Of a stretch of 64,000 bases of DNA, positions 39,567 to 48,402 are shown in pieces. The DNA comes from Candidatus Thermofontivivens primus (GTDB lineage Bacteria > Sysuimicrobiota > Sysuimicrobiia > Sysuimicrobiales > Thermofontiviventaceae), in NCBI GenBank assembly GCA_031458695.1, contig JAVKJW010000005.1, positions 32,001 through 96,000 of the forward strand, read 5' to 3'. The position numbers were made by a program, and so were the translations under genes. Within the stretch, counting starts at the first letter, position 1, and each line of letters begins with the position of its first letter. The notes below the pieces were generated by a model. The model made no database searches, was not told the origin of the DNA, and worked only from the letters and a program-made list of their open reading frames with translations.

Positions 39567-40774
39567 CTCTCCACACCTCCGCCGGCCAGGATTCTGGCGA
39601 CATCTTCCTGGAAGGGGAAGCTCCCCGGCTCGTAGGCACAGAATGGATCCTCCGCAAGAGGATCAGCGCTGACTCCGAAGGCCCTGGACCTGGATCCTCC
39701 GCAGACTGTGCGGAACTCGCACCTCCCGCACCTGCCCCGCAGCTGATCTGGGTCCCGCAGCGATCGAAAGAGGGGAGAGCTCCTGTATAACTCTCCGAGC
39801 GGGGTCAGACGGACGTTTCCAACTCCAAGAGGCAGAAATCCGCTCGGGAAGACCTCTCCGAGGTGGTTGATGAACACGAACCCCTTGCCGGCGTTAACGT
39901 CAAGGGGAGGACGCCGCATCTTTCCTGGGATCTCCCCCGCCCCTGGGAGGTGCACGCGCTCCCGCAGCTTGCGGTACGTTGGCCCAAGGGGCAGGATCTC
40001 CTCGGGAGGGATCCCCCGCTGTTCCAGGATGGTTCGCTGGACCACCACGCGTTTGTAGTGATGGCCCTCTGTGGTCTTCACCGGGAGAACCTTGGAGACA
40101 TCGTAAAGAAAGTGCATGACATCTTCAAACTCCTGTGGGGTGAGCTGAGGAAGACCCTTTCCCCTCCCTGTGGGAACTAAGAAGAAGATGCTCCAGGTCA
40201 TCACCCCCCTACTCCGGACCAGCTCGAAGATGTTGGGGAGGTCATCGAGGTTGTGAGGGGTAACGGTGGTGTTGATCTGCACCTTCAGCCCACAGGATCT
40301 CGCCGCATCCCAGCCCCGCAGGGTCCAATGATAGACCCCATCCACCCTGCGGAAACCATCGTGAATTGCGGGAGTAGATCCGTCGACGCTGAAGGAAATG
40401 GCCACGGCTCCTGCCTCCCTTAGCCTGCGGATGTTCTCCGGCGTCAGCGTTGGAGTTCCCGAGGGTGATACGGAGACAGGAAGCCCCTTCTCCGCTCCGT
40501 ACCGGACGAGGTCAAACAGATCCTCCCGCTTGAAGGGATCTCCCCCTGTCAGGATGAACAGGGGCGGAGGAGGGATGAACTCAGCGACCTGATCGATGAG
40601 CCTGTATCCCTCCTCTGTGGTCAGCTCCCCTTCCTCTCGTTCTGGGATTGCAGAGGCTCGGCAGTGGACACAGGCGAGATCACATGCCCGCGTAACCTCC
40701 CAGATCACCAGAAACGGGCGCTGATTCAGATCGTAGGTAGGATGTCGAATTGTCTTTACCCGTGAGGTGTTCAT
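39563..40774 (-). CDS. Radical SAM/SPASM protein, TIGR04053/AhbD-NirJ-like, heme-biosynthesis associated
   Basis: WEVTRACDLACVHCRA, C-terminal CGRCEFRTVCGGSRSRA...DPFC. Inside the hem operon. Confidence 0.8.
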   Translation of the reverse strand: MNTSRVKTIRHPTYDLNQRPFLVIWEVTRACDLACVHCRASAIPEREEGELTTEEGYRLIDQVAEFIPPPPLFILTGGDPFKREDLFDLVRYGAEKGLPVSVSPSGTPTLTPENIRRLREAGAVAISFSVDGSTPAIHDGFRRVDGVYHWTLRGWDAARSCGLKVQINTTVTPHNLDDLPNIFELVRSRGVMTWSIFFLVPTGRGKGLPQLTPQEFEDVMHFLYDVSKVLPVKTTEGHHYKRVVVQRTILEQRGIPPEEILPLGPTYRKLRERVHLPGAGEIPGKMRRPPLDVNAGKGFVFINHLGEVFPSGFLPLGVGNVRLTPLGELYRSSPLFRSLRDPDQLRGRCGRCEFRTVCGGSRSRAFGVSADPLAEDPFCAYEPGSFPFQEDVARILAGGGVES

Positions 40775-40777
40775 CCT

Positions 40778-41761
40778 TCAACTCCTTTCCCTGAGCCAAT
40801 GTGCCGCATCCTTGGCGAAGTACGTGAGGATCACGTCTGCACCTGCACGCTTGATCGCCGTAAGGATCTCCACGACTGTGGCTCGCTCATCCAACCACCC
40901 TTGTTGGGCCGCTGCCTTGACCATGGCGTACTCCCCACTCACGTTGTAGGCAGCGGTTGGCATGCGAAACAGCTCTTTGATCTTCGCTAGGATATCCAAA
41001 TTGGGAAGGGCAGGCTTGACCATGACCATATCTGCCCCTTCCTCGATGTCCAGGGAGACTTCCCGGATCGCTTCTTCGCGGTTTGCGATGTCCATCTGGT
41101 AAGAGCGCCTGTCGCCAAACTTCGGTGCGGATTCGGCTGCCTCCCGGAAGGGTCCGTACAGGGAGGAAGCGTATTTGGCTGCGTAGGCCAGGATGGCGAT
41201 GTCTTGGTATCCTGCCCCATCCAGGGCCTCGCGGATCGCCCGGACTTGGCCATCCATCATCCCCGAAGGGGCGATGATGTCTGCTCCGGCTGCAGCTTGG
41301 CTGATGGCGATTTCGCGATATCGGTCAAGCGTCCGATCATTGTCCACAGTCCCGTTGCGGACGATCCCACAGTGGCCGTGCGAAGTATACTCGCACATGC
41401 ACAGGTCAGTGATCAGGAGAAGCCTCTCACCGAACTCCTCCCGGATCCGCCGGAGCGCCCGTTGGATGATCCCGTTGGGGTCACTCGCGCCACTCCCTTC
41501 AGGGTCCTTCCGAGCGGGGATGCCAAAGAGGATCACAGCCGGGACACCGACCTCCACGAGTTCCTCGCACTCCCGCACCAAGCTGTCCAGGGTGTGTTGG
41601 TACTGACCGGGCATCGAGGCAATGGGTTCCGGTGCGGCGATCCCCTCCTTCACGAACAGGGGAGCGACGAGGTCGAACACCTCGAGCCTCGTCTCCTGGA
41701 CCATCCTCCGGAGAAGAGGGTTGCGGCGCAACCTCCGCATCCTGACGACAGGAAAGCTCAT
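40778..41761 (-). CDS. hemB: Porphobilinogen synthase
   Basis: CMCEYTSHGHCG, APSGMMDG, YGPFREA and MVKPA motifs. Confidence 0.97.
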   Translation of the reverse strand: MSFPVVRMRRLRRNPLLRRMVQETRLEVFDLVAPLFVKEGIAAPEPIASMPGQYQHTLDSLVRECEELVEVGVPAVILFGIPARKDPEGSGASDPNGIIQRALRRIREEFGERLLLITDLCMCEYTSHGHCGIVRNGTVDNDRTLDRYREIAISQAAAGADIIAPSGMMDGQVRAIREALDGAGYQDIAILAYAAKYASSLYGPFREAAESAPKFGDRRSYQMDIANREEAIREVSLDIEEGADMVMVKPALPNLDILAKIKELFRMPTAAYNVSGEYAMVKAAAQQGWLDERATVVEILTAIKRAGADVILTYFAKDAAHWLRERS

Positions 41762-42573
41762 CTTCCTCCCTCCCCTTTCTTCCAACCCAGGTTCCCAACC
41801 AGGGCCCGTACGAGCCCCTCGCTCGTATACTCTTGGGCTACAGCGTCCACCCGGATCCCCAGGTTCCTTGCCGCCTCTGCAGTCACAGGGCCAATGCACG
41901 CCACAAAGACACGGGAGAGGGCGTCGATGCCGCCCTCACCCACCATCACTAGGAAGTTCCGAACGGTGGAGGGGCTGGTGAATGTGATGGCGTTCACCAC
42001 TCCCTTGTTCAGCAACTCCCGGATTGCCTCCCCGTTCTCCATATCAGGGACGGTTCGATACGCAGGGACGACGTCCACCTTGGCGCCGAGCTTCTCTAGC
42101 TCCCTCGGGAGGAGATCCCTCGCCTCCTCCGCCCTTGGCAAGAGGATCCGTTTCCCGCGGAGATCGTAGTTGGAGAAAGCCTCCACGAGCCCTTCCGCTC
42201 GATACTCTTTTGGGGATAGAGTGACCCGGATTCCCTGCTCCTCCAGGGCTTCCCGGGTTGCAGGGCCGATGGCCGCAATCTCCATTGCGAGAAGCTCCCT
42301 CGGATCCCTGTGGAGGGCTTTCATCCGTTCCAAGACAGCCCTAACTCCGTTCGCGCTGGTAAACACAACCCATTGATAGGAGGAAAGGTTCGCTAGCGCG
42401 TGGTCCAGCCGCTCGTAGCTCTGGGGTGGGATGATCCGGATGGTGGGGTAGAGCAAGCATTCCGCCCCCAGCTCCTCAAGGGAATGGACCAGGTCCTTCG
42501 CCTGCTCCCGAGGCCGTGTCACGAGGATCCTCCAGCCGGAAAGAGGCTTGTGCAAGGTCTCACCCCCGCCCAT
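41758..42573 (-). CDS. hemD: Uroporphyrinogen-III synthase
   Basis: ILVTRP, FTSANGV, FTSPSTV and CIGPVT motifs. Confidence 0.93.
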   Translation of the reverse strand: MGGGETLHKPLSGWRILVTRPREQAKDLVHSLEELGAECLLYPTIRIIPPQSYERLDHALANLSSYQWVVFTSANGVRAVLERMKALHRDPRELLAMEIAAIGPATREALEEQGIRVTLSPKEYRAEGLVEAFSNYDLRGKRILLPRAEEARDLLPRELEKLGAKVDVVPAYRTVPDMENGEAIRELLNKGVVNAITFTSPSTVRNFLVMVGEGGIDALSRVFVACIGPVTAEAARNLGIRVDAVAQEYTSEGLVRALVGNLGWKKGEGGR

Positions 42574-43471
42574 CCCTTTGGAGAACGGCCTCCGTAAATA
42601 TCTCGGGGCTCTCTGCGCTCAGCTGCTCTCGCAGTAGCCAAGCAGCCTCTTCCGGAGAAGCGGCGCGCACGCTTCCTCGCAGAATCCGACCGGCACGGGT
42701 CCCGACCATCCCGGAGAGGGAGATCCCGTCCTCCTCCACGGTGGCATAGGCGCCAACGGGGATCCGGCACCCTCCCCCGAGCACGCGGAGGAACTCCCTC
42801 TCTGCTTGGACTGCCTTTCTGGTCGGGAGATGATCGAGGGCACTGACAAGATCAAGAATGGGCTTGTCATCTGCCCTTACCTCGACCGCGAGCGCTCCCT
42901 GTCCTGGCGCTGGCAACATGATCTCGAGAGGGAGCACCTCTGTGATCTCTTGGGCCCGACCTAGCCTGTGCAGCCCTGCACTCGCGAGGACGATCGCCTC
43001 ACAATCCCCCTGGGAGAGCTTCCTGAGACGGGTGTCAACGTTCCCCCGGATCCCCAGGATGGTCAAATCCGGACGGAAGGCCAGAAGCTGGACTGCGCGG
43101 CGTTCGCTGGTTGTCCCAATCCGGGCCCCTTCAGGAAGGGTCGCAAGCGTGTGGCCTTCCCTGGAGATGAGCGCATCTCGGGGATCTCCCCGAGGAGGGA
43201 TTGCCCCGATCACCAACCCTGGGGGTTGTTCTGTGGGGAGGTCCTTGAGGCTGTGGACTGCGATGTCGATCTTCCCAGCCAGGAGCGCCTCCTCGAGCTC
43301 TCGGGTGAAGGCACCAGGCCATGCATCGACCCTTCCCCGGTCTCCGGAGGTTGTGATGATAACCTCTTCAAAGGAAGCATCTGGCCGGGCTCTGGAGAGC
43401 TGTTCTATGACCCAGCGGGTCTGGGCTCGAGCAAGGGCGCTCCCCCGGGTGCCCACGCGTACCCTATGCAT
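42560..43471 (-). CDS. hemC: Hydroxymethylbilane synthase
   Basis: GTRGSALA, AVHSLKDLP, RGNVDTRL, PAPGQGAL and GGGCRIP motifs. Confidence 0.96.
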   Translation of the reverse strand: MHRVRVGTRGSALARAQTRWVIEQLSRARPDASFEEVIITTSGDRGRVDAWPGAFTRELEEALLAGKIDIAVHSLKDLPTEQPPGLVIGAIPPRGDPRDALISREGHTLATLPEGARIGTTSERRAVQLLAFRPDLTILGIRGNVDTRLRKLSQGDCEAIVLASAGLHRLGRAQEITEVLPLEIMLPAPGQGALAVEVRADDKPILDLVSALDHLPTRKAVQAEREFLRVLGGGCRIPVGAYATVEEDGISLSGMVGTRAGRILRGSVRAASPEEAAWLLREQLSAESPEIFTEAVLQRDGRG

Positions 43472-44831
43472 GAGGGTTTACCTCCTGAAACCCGGATCTC
43501 GTCCTCGGGTCCTGGTCCCCAAGATCGCGCGCCTGAGACCTCAAATCCAATGTCTGAAGCCTACTTTCCGCCGCCCCGTCCAACCCGAACATCTCCCTGA
43601 CCGCCTCAAGGGAGGCAGTTTCACCGTACGCCACCTTCCGCTTCAAGGAGACGACAGGGAGGTGGAGGAGTTTCTTGACCAAGGCGGAAGTCATGGCTTC
43701 CACGATTTCCCTCTCCCGTTCTGTGAGGTGCCCAAGTCGACGTATTGCTTTTCGCACCTCCGCAGCACGGATCATCTCGGCGCGAGCGTAGAGCTCCGCG
43801 ATCGTTGGGGCAACTTGGCGCGTTCGGAGCCAGCGGGCGAACTTCTCCACCTCCTCGGCGATGATCCTCTCCGCCCTTGGTACTTCCTCCATGTTCTCGC
43901 GAATCCGCTCGTTGACAATCTCCTGGAGTCCCTCCAGATCGTAGAGGTAGACGTTAGGGAGAGTTCGTACCCGCGGGTCGATATCCCGGGGGACAGCGAT
44001 ATCGATGAGGAGGAGGGGATGCGTGCGGCACTTCGCAGCTTCCTCCATCAGTTCCAGGGAGATGACAGGATGTGGAGCTGCTGTTGAGCTGATGACGATA
44101 TCGACTTCCTTGAGGGCGTCCGGGAGATCCTGGTATGTGATCGCTTGCCCCCCGTATCGTTGAGCGACCACGGATGCCCTCTCAGGGGTGCGGCTCACCA
44201 CGAGGATTCTTCCCGTCCCATGCCTGCGAAGAGCTTGGAGGACCAGCTCGCTCGCCGCTCCCGTCCCGATGACCAGGATCACGCGACCGCGGAGGTCCCC
44301 GAAGAGCTTGCGGGCGAGCTCGACAGCGACGGAGCTAATAGATCTCCCATGGCCACCAATTCGAGTCTCCTTCCGCACCCGCGCCCCCACCCGGATGGCC
44401 TGGCGGAACAGAGCAGAAAGGTATGCCCTGGCTGTGCCTACAGCTGACGCTTGTTTCAACGCATCGCGGACCTGTCCAAGAACTTGGCCTTCCCCCACCA
44501 CCATGGAGTCAAGGCCTGAGGCAACGGTGAACAAGTGCTTCGCAGCATCAAGGTCTTGGAGCTGGAACAGGTATTCCTCCAGAACCTCGAGCGGGACGTC
44601 TCGAGATCCCCCGAGGAACCTCATGATCGAGGAAACGCCCGTGGAGACGTCAGGGGTAGCTACGTAGACCTCCGTGCGGTGGCATGTGGTGAGGAGGACC
44701 GCCTCCTTGATGCCTTCCAGCTGGCAGAGCTCAAGTAAAGCCCCAGTGATCGAGCCGGGCGCGAACGTGAATCGTTCTAGAATCTCAAGAGGTGCGGACC
44801 GATGACTCACGCCGACGGCGACGATCTCCAT
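43464..44831 (-). CDS. hemA: Glutamyl-tRNA reductase
   Basis: TCHRTEVY, GLDSMVVGEGQVLGQV and DIAVPRD motifs. Confidence 0.96.
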   Translation of the reverse strand: MEIVAVGVSHRSAPLEILERFTFAPGSITGALLELCQLEGIKEAVLLTTCHRTEVYVATPDVSTGVSSIMRFLGGSRDVPLEVLEEYLFQLQDLDAAKHLFTVASGLDSMVVGEGQVLGQVRDALKQASAVGTARAYLSALFRQAIRVGARVRKETRIGGHGRSISSVAVELARKLFGDLRGRVILVIGTGAASELVLQALRRHGTGRILVVSRTPERASVVAQRYGGQAITYQDLPDALKEVDIVISSTAAPHPVISLELMEEAAKCRTHPLLLIDIAVPRDIDPRVRTLPNVYLYDLEGLQEIVNERIRENMEEVPRAERIIAEEVEKFARWLRTRQVAPTIAELYARAEMIRAAEVRKAIRRLGHLTEREREIVEAMTSALVKKLLHLPVVSLKRKVAYGETASLEAVREMFGLDGAAESRLQTLDLRSQARDLGDQDPRTRSGFQEVNPHA

Positions 44832-44835
44832 GCCT

Positions 44836-45507
44836 TCACCCTCTCCTCCCCTCCTCGTATCCTTCCATGAGGACGACGAGGATCCGGTCCATGAACCGGT
44901 CAAGCCGGCGTAGCCATTGGACCCGATTCTCAGGGTGAATCTCTTTTCGCTTGGTCACGACCTCGGTCATAAGCCGCTTGATAAACAGGAAACTTTCTGC
45001 GGCCTCCTGGGCCAACAGGTTCTTCTTCCCAGCGAGCAACCCTATACCCCGCCCGGCAACCATCCCTTCCTCCAAGTAGTGTTGCTGCTGTGGACCACCT
45101 CGCAGGTACTTCAGCAATGCACGCAGGAGTTGCCGTCCAAGGACCCGCATTTGGTGCTTGGCTTCCTCATCGAAGGCTTCGTACCATCTGCGAGTCATGT
45201 ACCACTCCCGGACAGGCTGCACCACAAGATGATTGCCGGTCCGTTCAATCTCCTCCACGATCGAACCGACGCGGTGCTGCGGGTGCGGCTGCGTGAGCAA
45301 CGCCTCGATTTGCTGGCGGGAAAACCGCCGGTGCCCCCCGGGGGTTCGAAAAACTTGGATTTTGCCAGTATCGGCCCACTGGCGTAGGGTGCTAGGATCC
45401 ACTCCAAGGAGGAGACTGGCCTGACCCAGGGTCAGCCACTCCGATTGCCCAGCATACTTGCCCCGTTTTCCAACAGTTTCGTTCAAAGGAGCCGCCCCCG
45501 CTTTCAA
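44836..45507 (-). CDS. Excisionase/MerR-type HTH regulator with a helical C-terminal domain, first gene of the hem operon
   Basis: WLTLGQASLLLGVDPSTLRQWADTGKI..FRTPGGHRRF. Start TTG 45507 or 45486. Confidence 0.8.
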   Translation of the reverse strand: MKAGAAPLNETVGKRGKYAGQSEWLTLGQASLLLGVDPSTLRQWADTGKIQVFRTPGGHRRFSRQQIEALLTQPHPQHRVGSIVEEIERTGNHLVVQPVREWYMTRRWYEAFDEEAKHQMRVLGRQLLRALLKYLRGGPQQQHYLEEGMVAGRGIGLLAGKKNLLAQEAAESFLFIKRLMTEVVTKRKEIHPENRVQWLRRLDRFMDRILVVLMEGYEEGRRG

Positions 45508-45530
45508 TAGCTATAGGGCATATACTGGGA

Positions 45531-45610
45531 AAATCTATAAAATCCTCCTTGAAACTATGGAAATCTCCAAAAGTGATACCACCTCTAAAATAACTACGAT
45601 CTTGCTCCAA
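45531..45610. promoter_or_regulatory. 10-bp-phased degenerate direct-repeat array upstream of the hem regulator (candidate operator)
   Basis: Successive decamers: aaatCTAtaa aatcCTCctt gaaaCTAtgg aaatCTCcaa aagtgatacc acctCTAaaa taactacgat cttgCTCcaa. Confidence 0.5.
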
Positions 45611-45679
45611 GAGAATCGGGCCACGGACTGATTTGCTGTCAGGTCACAGGAGGATGTTGAGGAGCCTTCTCGAATTTGG

Positions 45680-45870
45680 AAGAACCTCCCCCCACCCTGC
45701 TCCCTTGCCTGCGCCAGCCCAATCGCCGTGTTCAGGACAAGGAGGTTGGTCGGGTGCATCATCGTAATCCTGAAACAGCCTGTGAACGTAACTATTCCCG
45801 GGAACAGGAGGAAAGTCGCGTTGATCGCGAGAATTTTGGAGCTTATCTTGTGGTTTGGAAACCACTGCAT
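45680..45870 (-). pseudogene. Remnant of a methyl-accepting chemotaxis protein gene
   Basis: KISSKILAINATFLLF (MCP-like N-terminal TM) joined to TNLLVLNTAIGLAQAREQGGG, a degenerate [21 protein letters not shown] hairpin tip. Confidence 0.6.
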
Positions 45871-46057
45871 CCCTATACCTGTGGAAAAAGGATAGCGGCG
45901 CGCTTGTAGGGTCCTTGGCTTTCTGGCGATCCCCGGCTTGGGAGGCCTTTTGTGCTGGAGGATATAATGGTAATCTCAGAAAGGTCCAGGCACAGTGAAA
46001 GACTCCCGCAGGGTATGGAACGAATCGTGCCTAGAAGGTCTCTATGGGAGGGTTCTT

Positions 46058-46399
46058 ATGCGCGTTGAGTTCCTGTACTGGGAGGAGTGTCCTTCGCACG
46101 AGGAGGCGCTCGCCCGCCTGAAGGCCGTCCTGGCAGAGGAAGGGTGCGAGGCTACCGTGGAGGTCATCCGTGTGGAGACCGAAGAACAAGCAGAGGCGCT
46201 ACGGTTTCCGGGTTCTCCCACCATCCGGTTCGATGGAAAGGACATCGTCCCTGTGCCTGAAGGGACGCGTTTTTCTCTCACCTGCCGTGTCTACCACCTC
46301 GAGGATGGCAGGGTATCCCCGCTTCCCTCCAAGGAAATGATCCGCAGGGCCTTCAAGGAGGCCCTCGCATCAAAAACAACCGAAAGGAGGTCTCTGTAA
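46058..46399 (+). CDS. Small thioredoxin-fold protein
   Basis: VEFLYWEECPSH, FPGSPTIR and CRVY motifs. RBS GGGAGG upstream. Confidence 0.75.
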   Translation: MRVEFLYWEECPSHEEALARLKAVLAEEGCEATVEVIRVETEEQAEALRFPGSPTIRFDGKDIVPVPEGTRFSLTCRVYHLEDGRVSPLPSKEMIRRAFKEALASKTTERRSL

Positions 46400-46935
46400 T
46401 GGCTGCCCTTGAGATCGGTGCTTCTCTCATCCCCTTCGCCCTTCCCGGAACCGACGGGAAGATTCACCGGACCGAGGACTACCAGGATAAGCGAGCGCTC
46501 GCAGTCATTTTCACCTGTAACCACTGCCCTTACGCCCAGGCCTGGGAAGGGCGGTTGATCCAACTCCAACGAGAGTATGCTTCCCGAGGAGTTCAGTTCC
46601 TCCTGATCAACCCCAACGATGCTACCAAGTACCCGGAAGATAGTTTCGAGAATATGGTCCGCCGGGCAGAAGAGAAAGGATATCCGTTCCCTTACCTCAG
46701 GGATGAGGACCAGACCGTCGCCCGGGCTTACGGAGCCACAAGGACCCCAGAGATCTTCCTATTCGACCAGGATCGGGTGCTAAGATATCACGGAGCTCCG
46801 GACGACAACTACGAAAACCCCGCAGCGGTGAGGAAGCACTACCTAAGGGACGCCCTGGAAGCCGTCCTGTCGGGCAGATCCCCCCAGCCTGCCCAAACCC
46901 CTCCGGTGGGGTGCACGATCAAGTGGAAATCGTGA
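46399..46935 (+). CDS. AhpC/TSA-family redoxin
   Basis: FTCNHCPY, YPFPYL, RTPEIFLF and GCTIKW motifs. Confidence 0.9.
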   Translation: MAALEIGASLIPFALPGTDGKIHRTEDYQDKRALAVIFTCNHCPYAQAWEGRLIQLQREYASRGVQFLLINPNDATKYPEDSFENMVRRAEEKGYPFPYLRDEDQTVARAYGATRTPEIFLFDQDRVLRYHGAPDDNYENPAAVRKHYLRDALEAVLSGRSPQPAQTPPVGCTIKWKS

Positions 46936-46985
46936 TCCTCCACTCCGTTCAGGATGACGATATGGTACAATAGGGCAGGAGTAGT

Positions 46986-47061
46986 GCGCCCGTAGCTCAG
47001 GGGACAGAGCGGCTGCCTTCTAAGCAGCGGGTCGGGGGTTCGAATCCCTCCGGGCGCGCCA
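46986..47061 (+). tRNA. tRNA-Arg (anticodon TCT)
   Basis: GCGCCCG acceptor stem, CTGC-CTTCTAA-GCAG anticodon arm, GGTTCGAATCC and CCA end. TGGTACAAT -10 element at 46963-46971. Confidence 0.95.
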
Positions 47062-47169
47062 ATTCGTGAACCTGGTTTTCAGGTTTTCGCCCTACACAGG
47101 TCCCCAGCGTAAAGGGTTCTTGTATCATCGAATTTCCTTCAAACCAACGGAAGTTGTCGAGGAGGGAAG

Positions 47170-48288
47170 ATGCGTATCACACGGATCGAAGTCTATGGCT
47201 ACACGTTGACATACATCCATGGTGAGTACAGGATGTCCGGAGGCCGCAGTGTTCGGGAACTCCCATCCACGGTGGTCCGGGTTCTCACAGATACCGGCGT
47301 AGAGGGCTGGGGGGAGGTATGCCCGCTGGGTTCCACGTATCTTCCTGCCTTCGCAGAAGGGGCGAGATCCGCGCTGCGCCTACTTGCCCCCGCCCTGATT
47401 GGCGCAGATCCTAGGAACCTTTCTGAAGTCCACGAGCGGATGGAATCAGCTCTCAAAGGCCACGCGTATGCCAAGAGCCCACTTGACATTGCGTGTTGGG
47501 ACATCCTCGGGAAGGTGACTGGCGAGCCCGTCGTAACCCTTTTGGGTGGCAGGAGGCAGGATCGGTTCCCCTTGTATATGGCTGTCCCTATGGGGTCCCC
47601 GGAGGAGATGCGGGCCTACGTGCAATCCCGCAAAGCAGAAGGAATCAGAAGGTTCCAGTTAAAGATAGGTGGCAACCCACGGGAGGACGCCGAACGCGTG
47701 CGGAAGGTGATCGAGGGAACAGACGAGGGGGATCTCGTGATCGCCGATGCCAATGGCGGGTGGAGGCTTCAAGACGCGATTGGAGCAGTGCGGATGATGG
47801 AAGGATATCCCCGGCTCTTCTTGGAGCAGCCCTGCCCTACTCTGGAGGAATGCCGGGCGATCCGAAGGATGACTACCCTTCCAATGATCTACGATGAGCT
47901 TGTCACGGACATCCCTTCCCTGTTGGTCGCGATCCAGGAGGGTGGTGCCAGCGGTATCAATTTGAAGATCAGCAGGGTCGGTGGCCTAACGAAAGCACGT
48001 CAAATCCGAGACCTCGCTGAAGCCCTGGGGGTTTCCCTTACCATTGAAGATATGTGGGGTGGAGATATCACAACTGCTGCAGTAAGCCACTTGGCTGCTA
48101 GCACGCGCCCTGATCTCTTGTTTACCGTTTCCTTTATGAACGATTGGGTTCAGGAGCATATAGCAGGGTACGAACCTCGCTCTGTAGGTGGGTTTGGTAG
48201 GGTGCCTATGGGTCCGGGATTAGGGATCCAAGTCGATCTGAAATCCCTTGGAAAACCTCTGCTGAGTATCCCGACAAACGTCTTTTAA
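47170..48288 (+). CDS. Mandelate racemase/enolase superfamily enzyme (hydroxyproline betaine epimerase / 3-hydroxyproline dehydratase-like)
   Basis: GWGEVCPLGSTYLPA, QLKIG, DANGGW, EQPC, DE and LKISRVGG motifs. Confidence 0.8.
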   Translation: MRITRIEVYGYTLTYIHGEYRMSGGRSVRELPSTVVRVLTDTGVEGWGEVCPLGSTYLPAFAEGARSALRLLAPALIGADPRNLSEVHERMESALKGHAYAKSPLDIACWDILGKVTGEPVVTLLGGRRQDRFPLYMAVPMGSPEEMRAYVQSRKAEGIRRFQLKIGGNPREDAERVRKVIEGTDEGDLVIADANGGWRLQDAIGAVRMMEGYPRLFLEQPCPTLEECRAIRRMTTLPMIYDELVTDIPSLLVAIQEGGASGINLKISRVGGLTKARQIRDLAEALGVSLTIEDMWGGDITTAAVSHLAASTRPDLLFTVSFMNDWVQEHIAGYEPRSVGGFGRVPMGPGLGIQVDLKSLGKPLLSIPTNVF

Positions 48289-48402
48289 CCTGAAATTTTG
48301 CCGGATTCCTTCTCTCACTGGAGAGAAAGAGAAAAAGATTCACAATCCCTTGGCACGTGTTCTTATGGTATAATGAAATAAACGAGAGCTACGCGCGGGA
48401 CG

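Noticed and set aside
44836..45507. Prophage or ICE excisionase
   Set aside because: No integrase or phage genes nearby; it has a long C-terminal domain and is tightly linked to hemA.
46058..46935. Selenoprotein redoxins
   Set aside because: The redox positions are Cys codons. The only relevant TGA follows the normal C-terminal motif GCTIKWKS.
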